Source: Macrostomum hystrix (Eukaryota; Animalia; Platyhelminthes). From it: a stretch of DNA of 64,000 nucleotides. The position numbers and the translations under genes were made by a program. Positions 55,301 through 64,000 of the stretch are shown one piece after another (the stretch's first letter is position 1; each line of letters begins with the position of its first letter). The stretch covers positions 806,001 to 870,000 of the forward strand of contig CATNEN010000015.1 in NCBI GenBank assembly GCA_950097015.1. Direction: 5' to 3'. The notes under the pieces are model-generated. The model saw only the letters and a list, made by a program, of their open reading frames with translations, was not told the origin of the DNA and ran no database searches.

Positions 55301-56075
55301 CACCAGAGTCTGAATCATGGCTAAACCAGAGTTTGAATCATAGCTAAACCAGAGTCTGAATCATGACTAAACCAGAGTCTGAATCATTGCTACACCAGAG
55401 TCTGAATCATGGCTCATAGCTAAACCAGAGTCTGAATCATGGCTAAACCAGAGTCTGAATCATGGCTACACCAGAGTCTGAATCATGGCTAAACCAGAGG
55501 TTAAATCAAAGCTAAACAAGCGTCTGAATCATGGCAAAACCAGAGTTTGAATCATAGCTAAACCAGAGTCTGAATCATGGCTAAACCAGAGTCTGAATCA
55601 TGGCTAAACCAGAGTCTGAATCATGGCTAAACCAGAGTCTGAATCATGGCTAAACCAGAGTCTGAATCATGGCTAAACCAGAGTCTGAATCATGGCTACA
55701 CCAGAGTCTGAATCATGGCTAAACCAAAGTCTGAATCATTGCTACACCAGAGTCTGAATCATGGCTCATAGCTAAACCAGAGTCTGAATCATGGCTAAAC
55801 CAGAGTCTGAATCATGGCTACACCAGAGTCTGAATCATGGCTAAACCAGAGTTTAAATCAAAGCTAAACAAGCGTCTGAATCATGGCAAAACCAGAGTTT
55901 CAATCATGGCTAAACCAGAGACTAAATCATGGCTACACCAGGGTTTGAATCATGGCAAAACCAGAGTTTGAATCATGGCTAAACCAGCGTTTGAATCATG
56001 GCCAACCAGCGTCTGAATCATGGCTAAACCAGAGTTTGAATCATGGCAAAATCAGAGTTTGAATCATAGCTAAAT
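25319..56075 (+). repeat. 23-bp satellite array (~30.7 kb, roughly 1,300 monomers), consensus CATGGCTAAACCAGAGTCTGAAT, with higher-order repeats
   Basis: 23-bp periodicity (e.g. TGAATC at 25381 and 25404); recurrent variant monomers in fixed order; a 30-bp variant (GGCT-CATAGCT-AAACC); degenerate monomers at both edges. Confidence 0.98.
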
Positions 56076-56078
56076 CGG

Positions 56079-56875
56079 AACTGGGGGATAATCGTCAACT
56101 GTGGGATAATTGTAAACTGGGGAATCATCATCAAATGGGGGATCATGGTCAACTGGGGATCATTGTCAAATGGGGATCATCATCATTTGGGAGTCATCAT
56201 CAAAGGGGGGATCATGGTCAACTGCGAGATCATTGTCAACTGGGTGATCATCATCAACTGGGGGATCATTGTCAACTAGGGGGATCATTGTCAACTGGGG
56301 TATCATTATCAACTGGGGGATCATCATCAACTGGGTGATCATTGTCAACTGGGGGATCATTGTCATCTGAGGGATCATTGTCAACTGGGGGATCATTGTC
56401 AACTGTGAGATCATTGTCAACTGGGTGATCATTGTCAACTGGGGGATCATTGTCAACTGGGGGATCATTGTCAACTGTGGGATCATTGTCAACTGTGAGA
56501 TCATTGTCAACTGGGGGATCATTGTCAACTGGGGGATCATTGTCAACTGGGTGATCATTGTCAACTGGGGGATCATCATCAACTGGGGGATCATTGTCAA
56601 CTGTGGGATCATTGTCAACTGGGGGATCATTGTCAACAAGGGGATCATTGTCAACTGGGGGATCATTGTCAACTGGGGATCATTGTCAACTGGGGGTTCA
56701 TTGTCAACTGGGGGATCATTGTCAACTGGGGGATCATCATCAACTGGGGGATCATTGTCAACTGGGGATCATTGTCAACTGGGGGTTCATTTTCAACTGG
56801 GGGATCATTGTCAACTGGGGGATCATCATCAACTGGGGGATCATTGTCAACTGGGGGATCATTGTCAACTGGGGG
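56079..56875 (+). repeat. 18-bp minisatellite, consensus CTGGGGGATCATTGTCAA (some 17-bp variants)
   Basis: Periodicity read directly; gives the WGIIVN / QLTMIP / GGSLST repeat ORFs. Confidence 0.95.
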
Positions 56876-56947
56876 TTTATTTTAGCTTTAAAAAGCTGTA
56901 AATTCAGCTGCTAAACAGTATATACAAGACGAATTAAAAATATTTCT

Positions 56948-56976
56948 GCTCCCCGAAGGGGGGCAAAACATGCTAG
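56948..56976 (+). other. Helitron 3' terminal signature: hairpin + CTAG
   Basis: GCTCCCC GAA GGGGGGC stem-loop (one T-G pair), spacer AAAACATG, CTAG, followed by T. Matches the canonical Helitron 3' end (hairpin about 10 nt upstream of CTRR). Confidence 0.75.
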
Positions 56977-56987
56977 TATATACTAAA

Positions 56988-57344
56988 TTACATACTGCTG
57001 TCTGAAAGACCCAATCGAGTGTACACGAAAGCCACACAAGGTCCGTCAGTCCATTGCGTTGCCGCTGAACGAGCGTCTCCTAGGTAGCACAATCGTTTGA
57101 CAATGTCCATGTAGAAAGCATTGCAGCTAGGTATGGCGCTGCACACTCCAGCGCATTGCAGCAGGCTGCTTCTCTGATACTGCTTAGTGTTGGCTGTTGG
57201 ACACTGCTGAGACCTACGGAAATTGTGCATCTCTGCTGCTACCGTACACGAGCTCTCTGTAATTACGGCGGCTGGCCATACCAAGAGAACCCAGTACTTC
57301 AGTGCCGTTCCGACTTTTGAGTTCAACTGGGTAGGCATTCTCAT
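56988..57344 (-). CDS. Signal-peptide-like + PAN/apple domain exon; probably exon 1 (57344-56996) of the PAN-LamG gene, or a stand-alone 118-aa protein
   Basis: Hydrophobic N-terminal stretch (ALKYWVLLVWPAAVI); PAN-type cysteine motif SSLLQCAGVCSAIPSCNAFYMDIVKRLCYL; phase-1 GTATGT donor at 56995, just before the in-frame TAA at 56990-56988. Confidence 0.72.
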   Translation of the reverse strand: MRMPTQLNSKVGTALKYWVLLVWPAAVITESSCTVAAEMHNFRRSQQCPTANTKQYQRSSLLQCAGVCSAIPSCNAFYMDIVKRLCYLGDARSAATQWTDGPCVAFVYTRLGLSDSSM

Positions 57345-58608
57345 GCTTGCATTAAGCTATCCAGTTTGCTAGGGCAATTGTGGCGATGGACTAGATCTCA
57401 GACGTTTAAATACGCGCTCTAAAGAAATTCTAAATTTAAAAGCGACTTTATATAAATATGTTCTTTTTTTCAATTGAGTTTGAGCTTGAGTTTTGCATTT
57501 CAATTCCTTCGTATTGAAGGGATTCCTTTGTGACAACTTCATTCATGCGAACTTATTATGATACATTCAAGGAACACTATAGTTAATAGTCTACTTTAGA
57601 AGCCCTTAAATAAATAAAGCTCCTTGTTACTGTACGCAAAAAGAAAAGGTTCTTTATTCCTATTTTGAAGAACTACTGACAACCAATTTGACAAACAATA
57701 GCCACTTGCATCAGAGCTGCCAGCACTTGTGCCAGGTGTGGAGCTTACGTGTTTCCTGTCATGCAGTTGTGTTCAAAGACACTGCAAAAACACTTCATCA
57801 GTCCGGTCGATGGTTCGACACAAAAGATAAAGGATCGATTGCGTCTCTTAACATGCAAAGCAAAAAACTTCAAAGCCTTGCGAGAAACTTAAAACTATAG
57901 CACGACGTAACGCATTCATGATAGCTCGTGCATAAATCTACATATGTATATGTAATGCCTCATTTTAGAAATAGGCATCTTGTTTAATGTCCACTGAGCT
58001 GCGGCCGCACTGCGCAGCAAATGCAAATAGTAAAGGTGAGAATACTGTACAATCGCTAATCCTGAGCATGCACATGCAAACTGCAGCAACGCTTACACAC
58101 AAACACGCACAAACGACACAAATTAAATGTTGTCGGTTCAATTCAATTCAAAATATGCTCACACGACACCTTGATGCGATAATAGGGCGCTTAGGGGGCA
58201 CGCTAGATTTAGATTTATGATGTACGACTTTCAGGTCCAGGCGCTCATGTCTAAAACATAATTATTTTAATAATTAGGTTAAAATAAAATTTGCGCTTTT
58301 ACAGTTTGTTCGATGAAATCAAGTGATTAACAATTAAATTTATTTTCTTTGTTTAAATGACTACAATATTTTAAATTAGGTCATTTCTTCAAATTCCACA
58401 GGGCCGAATCAAATTAAAAATCGAATATAAACGCTTGATTTAAAGACAGCTTATTTCTTAGGGTTTGCAGGATGGCATAGCTAAACAATCAATGACAATG
58501 TGTATTTTGCTGCACAATTCAATCAGGTTGATATAACTGTTCAATTAGGCCGTGAGGCGATGACAACTAGTTGGCTAATGGGTCTAAATTGTTGTCCTTG
58601 TCTATGTA

Positions 58609-58928
58609 CTGGAATATAACCAGAGGTTGTAGCCTAGTGGTTAGGGCGTCGGACTAACGACTTGAAGGTCGGGGGTTCGATTCCCGACTCCACTGAAACA
58701 ATTTGTGTCCTTTAGCAAGACACTTAACTCTGCATTGCTTCAGTTCACCCAGCTGTTAAATGGGTACCAGCATCAGCTGGGATAATTGAAGGTGGGTGTG
58801 GCGTCCCCCCAGTCCATGGACTGAACAGCTGTACGCAGCCTTCAGATGCGCCGCGCATTAGCTGCGGCTGTGCTGTCGGCTGCACATCTGACCCGATTGG
58901 GGCAGGTGTAATCAATTATTATCAATTA
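58609..58928 (+). mobile_element. tRNA-derived SINE with CORE-like domain and 11-bp target-site duplication
   Basis: Box A TAGCCTAGTGG (58630-58640); box B GGTTCGATTCC (58674-58684); 58704-58764 TGTGTCCTTTAGCAAGACACTTAACTCTG...CAGTTCACCCAGCTGTTAAATGGG resembles the MIR/CORE consensus as recalled; tail (ATCAATTATT)x2; direct repeat TTGTCTATGTA at 58598-58608 and 58929-58939. Confidence 0.85.
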
Positions 58929-59869
58929 TTGTCTATGTAAAAAAAGCTTTGGTAATATTGATCTGAGCTACTATTTTAACATTATAATTACATTATATTC
59001 TAGTTTTCGATTTTTAAGATGTACATTTAGAAATAAGCCTATATATTTATCTATCTATTTATATATTTATATAAGCCTATACTATTGGCATATAGGCCTA
59101 GTCTTGTAGATTTTCATTAGAGCATAGTTTATTGTGAATTTGTTAAGTAAATCTGCAAATTTTTCATTTTAATTTATCTTGTTTTTACATTTCCTTACTT
59201 ATTGACCATACTTTCTGGATTGCCTTATAACTGTTTCCAGTCTTTTTGTCTCCCCTATTGGAATAAGTTGACAAATTGTGTCCGACTGTCCATTGCATTT
59301 TCAGAGTATTTTGGTGTCGTGTCACATGCAGGGCATTGCCAGGTCATCACGCTGCAGCGTCGCTTTGCTGATTAATAATTAATAATTAATTAATCATGGT
59401 TAGTTGGTTAGGTTATTATAGCATTTCGTGTCGCGTTGCGCTTTGGAGCCACATTTTGACACCCTTGTTGTGCATCTGCAGGTTTTGAAATTTATTCCAA
59501 TAGGGGCTATCTCATCTGCTATAAACTTTAATTTAATGAAACTGTACAAACTTATCTGCCATATGGACAATAGAAACAATGTCATCTGCTATGGCTTTAT
59601 ACAAATATTTGTAGAACATATTTGTAGGCCTAATACAAATATTATTGTGTGGTTGCCATTAAAAATTGTATGTTCAACTGGGATAGGCCAAAAATTGTGG
59701 ATGACAAATGGCCTAATAACTAAATAATAAAAATAAATTCTTTACAAATATGTTAATACCCAAGGAAGTAATTGATAAGGAAGCATTACTTGATCTAGAG
59801 GGTTGAGGCCTAAAGTGCTGATGTCAGTTAGAAGAAATTTACAATTAGTTAATACATAACACTAAGAAT

Positions 59870-60098
59870 CATATATGCGCAACACCTGGCCGGGTGAAAC
59901 AAGGGCCAAGCAAGGTAAGTCGCAAAAACCAATCAACCAAGCACAAAAAAACAAAGGGGGGACCAAGGGACAACAAACTAAGTCGCAAATGAGAGCAAAC
60001 TAAGTCGTTAATAGAGCAATTAATGAATATATGTTGCATTTTAGGCTTAAAAACTAAGTCGCACGGCCGGTTAAGATTTGGGAGGTTGCACATGTATG
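59870..60098. mobile_element. 229-bp MITE with 14-bp imperfect TIRs and 8-bp TSD (hAT- or P-superfamily type)
   Basis: Left TIR CATATATGCGCAAC; right TIR reverse complement CATACATGTGCAAC (12/14 match); TSD CTAAGAAT at 59862-59869 and 60099-60106; four internal TAAGTCG motifs (59916, 59979, 60001, 60055). Confidence 0.8.
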
Positions 60099-61571
60099 CT
60101 AAGAATACCAAATTGTAAATCCATTACAATTGTGAATAAAAAGAAAATGGATTCCTTTTTGTTTATGGTAAGATTTATAGCATTAAATAGGTAAAAAATT
60201 ATCAATGGTCCTATGGTTAGTTCTAAATCCAAAAATCCATATTCATTTAGTTCTAAATGTTATTTGAATATTGGGTAGTTATGATAGACACAACTTTCAA
60301 GCCTGGTTTTCATTAGTAAGTAGTTGACCTTACACTGTTTGAATGTAAATACATGTATAGTTTTGCCAAAAAGAAAAAAATATTTCCTAAGATATTTTGG
60401 CAACATAGTGGCAGACAAAGAGACAGGAATGAGGCATTGAAATTTCTGAAGTCTTTAGGGGCTTGAGTTTGTATTGAATTTTCATGTTTCTATCACTATC
60501 TATTTCTATATATTTTGTCTCTGTGCTGTTTGTTTTACTTGCTTTATTGCAAGCTTAATTTGAGAACTCAAGACATAGAAACTAGATATAAGAAACAATA
60601 GTTCCCATAACCATATCCATATCTGTAACTTTTGTCCAAAAAGCTTTATATCTGTAACTTCCTATAGCCATATCTGTAGCTACAGTGAAAGTCTTCTTTC
60701 ATTGCCTTAACAAAATAAAAATGACAACTTATTTGTACTATTAATTAAGAGTATACCAACTTTCTAATGCTATTCAGCTTGAACTATATTATATTGTTTG
60801 ACCCTAACCATAGTCTATATTGTATTTTTATTATCTGAAAAAGTTTAATTTTTCGAGCATAATATAAATATAATATTGCAGTTTTTTGTTTTGACAATTT
60901 AATTTTTTAAATAGGGAATTATTATTAAAAAAATTGTTGCACATGCTCAGTTTTCTATACCATCTGCTACCAGTGATAGCAGTAGCAAATTACTGAAAGT
61001 CTGTAGGCTGTGTCAGACTTGTTGAGCAGAGAATTGCCTTATCAATAGGCATCAACAATAATGCTTTTGTCAGGTAGTGTGGCACCATCATGAAGCCCCT
61101 AGGATATGAGGTGATAAGTTTGTTGTAGCAAGCAGCTGGCCAAACAGCCAATAACCATTGAATAGAGTAAAAACTTATATATATAATTTAGTGTATGTGT
61201 AATCATGAAGATGCCAGTTTCTTGAGGTAATTGAGGTAATATCTTTGAGGGTTAGGTGACTGGCTGTGGAGGGTAATGACTGAGCAAAGAGGGGTTAGAT
61301 CAAGTGAGTCTTTAAAAGAAACTTTGTGCTCAAGGAAGACTTAAATACAATGAATCTGTCCAGTCTGTAGTTTGTTTTTTCAAATAGAATTTTTTCTGGT
61401 ATATAGGCCTACTATATACACAACATTTATTAGTTCAGGCTTGTGAAGTGTATTCATCATAGCTTTTAGTAAAAATCCTACTGTTTGCCAGTTTTCAATT
61501 CACAAACATAGAAAAGAAGATATTTATTTACTATTATGTTTCTTCTCTGCAGCAGTAAAGAAACGCCAAGC

Positions 61572-63972
61572 ATGTTCTCAGACGAGAGTCAAGCTGTAGT
61601 GGACTGTCCGTCTGTTTGGCGCATCGAGGTGAAGACCAAAGACCGCGAAACTGAGACTCCGGCCATCACCCGCTACCAGCGCGGCCTGCAGACCACGAGG
61701 CGCCGAGAGGCTGAGTGTCAGACCGACAGCTTCATGTATGTACAGGAGGAGCTCAGTGTGGACTCCAGCGAGCTGGACCCCGAGATGCTCAGAGTGAGGC
61801 GAACTCTAATGCTTCTTTACTGCCTTCTGATCTGATGGGTAATGCTGGACTAGGGTTGGGTAATCACTGAGTAGAGATGGGTAATCACTTACTGCGGATG
61901 GGTAATCACTGACTAGGGATGGGTAATCACTGACTACGAATGGGTAATCACTGACTACGGATGGGTAATCACTGACTAGGGATGAGTAATCGCTGACCAC
62001 GGATGGGTAATCACTGACTACGAATGGGTAATCACTGACTAGGGATGGGTAATCACTGACTAGGGATGAGTAATCGCTGACCACGGATGGGTAATCACTG
62101 ACTACGAATGGGTAATCACTGACTAGGGATGGGTAATCGCTGACTAGGGATGGGTAATCACTTACTGCGGATGGGTAATCACTGACTACGAATGGGTAAT
62201 CACTGACTACGGATGGGTAATCACTGACTACGGATGGGTAATCACTGACTACGAATGGGTAATCACTGACTACGGATGGGTAATCACTGACTACGGATGG
62301 GTAATCACTGACTACGGATGGGTAATCACTGACTAGGGATGAGTAATCGCTGACCACGGATGGGTAATCACTGACTAGGGATGGGTAATCACTGACTAGG
62401 GATGAGTAATCGCTGACTACGAATGGGTAATCACTGACTAGGGATGGGTAATCGCTGACTAGGGATGGGTAATCACTTACTGCGGATGGGTAGTCACTGA
62501 CTACGGATGGGTAATCACTGACTACGGATGGGTAATCACTTACTGCGGATGGGTAATCACTGACTACGAATGGGTAATCACTGACTACGGATGGGTAATC
62601 ACTGACTACGGATGGGTAATCACTGACTACGAATGGGTAATCACTGACTACGGATGGGTAATCACTGACTACGGATGGGTAATCACTGACTACGGATGGG
62701 TAATCACTGACTACGGATGGGTAATCACTGACTAGGGATGAGTAATCGCTGACCACGGATGGGTAATCAAAGACTCAGTGATTCCTAGGAATTGGTAATC
62801 ACTGACTAGGGATGTGTTACTGAGGGTAATAAGTGAGCTCTAAGGGTTAGCGACTGACTCTCAAGAAGTAACTTGTTGCTCCTGGCGATCTAAAACGATT
62901 TCAATATTCGTCACTCTTCAGTCGCTGCGTCGCCTCGAGCCGCTGATGTGCCGCGAACTCGAGCGCGCCTCCCGGAGCACCGCGTTCGAGGGCCGCGGCT
63001 TCGGCGGCCGCGGCGGCGTCGGCAGCGTCGGCGGCAGCTCCGACACGGCACCGCTTCGCCTGTCGGTGGCGTGCGCCGGTGGCAGTCCCGAGCACGACTC
63101 CATGCCGGTGTCCGCCCTGAGCTGGAGCGCTACCGGGGCCTTCGTGGCCGCCGCTCTCGGCCGCTCCGATCATCAGGACTGGTGCCTGCACAGGGGCGCC
63201 GTCTGTGTCTGGAATGCCGCCTCCGCGCGTGGCCAGGTGAGCAGATGAGATCTGGTACTCGAATTGAGACCAGTTGAGTAGTAGAATGGCTATGGGGTTA
63301 TTAATAATAAGAATAATATTGATTGCAGGAGGGCTGGGGGCAAGGGCACATCATTTGCTGACACTAGGCCCGCAGCCAGCGAGGAGGCAAATCTGCCCAT
63401 TTCGCTGACTCCTGAGCACACACGCACACACATATACAGTTCGCAGGCACACGCTCACATATGTGTGTACATCTAGCCTGAATTTCTCATCGTCAGGCTC
63501 TGTAGACTTTCACGATGCCTTGCCTTGGAAGTTGGCCCTCAAGGGCGTAAATTGCACGACAAGCCCCCAGGACTTCTCTACGCGGCTGCGCCCCAAAGAA
63601 ATGTGGCCTCGCCGTAGTGCCAGAGGCATACGTGTCAACCATTCTGCCACTCACCTTCCATTTGATTGGTTTCATTGAAGTTTAAAATAACCACTTTTAC
63701 TGCAGGATCGCCAGCAGCAGCAGCAGCAGAAGCCGCACGCAGTACTGGAGACCTCCAGCTGCGTCACATCGGTGCAGTATCATCCCAGCAATGCGTCCCT
63801 GCTAGCTGGCGGCAGCTTCACCGGCGAGTTGCTAATCTGGAATGTCTCAGTTGGCGATGAAGCTGAGCAGCTCATTGTCAGCTCGCTGGGCAAAACTGCA
63901 GCTGCCACCGCTCCCGACGCCGAGTCTGCCGCTGGCGGACTGGAGGTTGCTCACCGAGAGCCCATTGTGGAA
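61572..63972 (+). CDS. WDR34: WD repeat-containing protein 34 / cytoplasmic dynein-2 intermediate chain 2 (3'-partial)
   Basis: Exons 61572-61793, 62922-63236, 63706-63972, all phase 0 with GT-AG introns. Translation carries WDR34-type motifs: EAECQT, LRRLEPLMCREL...AFEG, VSALSWSATGAFVAAALGRSDHQDWC..GAVCVWN, KPHAVLETSSCVTSVQYHP...LAGGSFTGELLIWN, HREPIV. The gene continues beyond the window. Confidence 0.9.
61833..62815 (+). repeat. 21-bp minisatellite in WDR34 intron 1, consensus GGGTAATCACTGACTA(C/G)G(G/A)AT
   Basis: 21-bp periodicity, filling most of the 1128-bp intron 61794-62921; source of the VSDYPSV-repeat ORF. Confidence 0.96.
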
Positions 63973-64000
63973 GTGAGTACTGTTGGATGACGATATCACA

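Larger units (their letters stand above)
24723..56976 (+). mobile_element. ~32-kb non-autonomous Helitron-like family B element inflated by internal satellite arrays
   Basis: 5' A|TCTAATATACTAAAAATGAAAATCTTGCTTGCTTG followed by AACGGCTCAACCGATTTT, a motif recalled from the 5' ends of metazoan non-autonomous Helitrons. 3' hairpin GCTCCCC-GAA-GGGGGGC (56948-56964), 8 nt, CTAG (56973-56976), then T. No RepHel ORF. That the two ends belong to one element is inferred. Confidence 0.72.

Noticed and set aside
25319-56075. CRISPR array or telomeric repeat interpretation of the 23-bp array
   Set aside because: Monomers abut with no unique spacers, there are no cas genes, the context is eukaryotic, and the monomer is unlike a telomerase repeat; the array is interstitial.
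56135-56914. ORFs with WGIIVN / QLTMIP / GGSLST repeats
   Set aside because: Translations of the 18-bp minisatellite.
10644-56976. Autonomous Helitron (RepHel)
   Set aside because: No long non-repetitive ORF and no HUH Rep or PIF1 helicase motifs anywhere in the compound.
58623-58695. Functional tRNA gene
   Set aside because: A and B boxes and a T-arm are present, but there is no proper acceptor stem; it continues into a CORE-like domain and is flanked by a TSD, so it is a SINE head.
61806-62756. 316-aa VSDYPSV-repeat ORF on the minus strand
   Set aside because: Translation of the 21-bp minisatellite inside WDR34 intron 1.

Overview
Eukaryotic (metazoan, probably invertebrate) genomic DNA with short AT-rich GT-AG introns; the species cannot be fixed from the sequence. 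Host genes: (1) the 3' part of a large single-pass membrane protein gene with FN3-like repeats, a cadherin/Ig-like domain, 2 EGF-like domains and a TM helix (<1-4364, +); (2) an intronless 4-TM orphan (5199-5876, -); (3) a probable secreted PAN/apple + LamG/ConA-like gene (-), whose first exon (57344-56996) appears to splice in phase to exons at 10152-9403; (4) the 5' part of WDR34/DYNC2I2 (61572->63972, +). About 72% of the window (10644-56976, 46.3 kb) is one compound of non-autonomous Helitron-like elements sitting in the predicted first intron of gene 3. It consists of seven head-to-tail family-A units (each with a 15-bp minisatellite, a 16-bp palindrome and a CTCG end), two truncated family-B 5' ends, and one ~32-kb family-B element whose interior is a ~30.7-kb 23-bp satellite with higher-order structure plus an 18-bp array, closed by a hairpin + CTAG. 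Junction sequences suggest these elements insert preferentially into the TC^TA of other elements' 5' termini. Also present: a tRNA-derived CORE-type SINE with an 11-bp TSD, a 229-bp MITE with an 8-bp TSD, and a 21-bp intronic minisatellite. All long repeat-peptide ORFs in the ORF track are artefacts of tandem repeats. No database search or alignment was run; homology calls rest on motif recognition.
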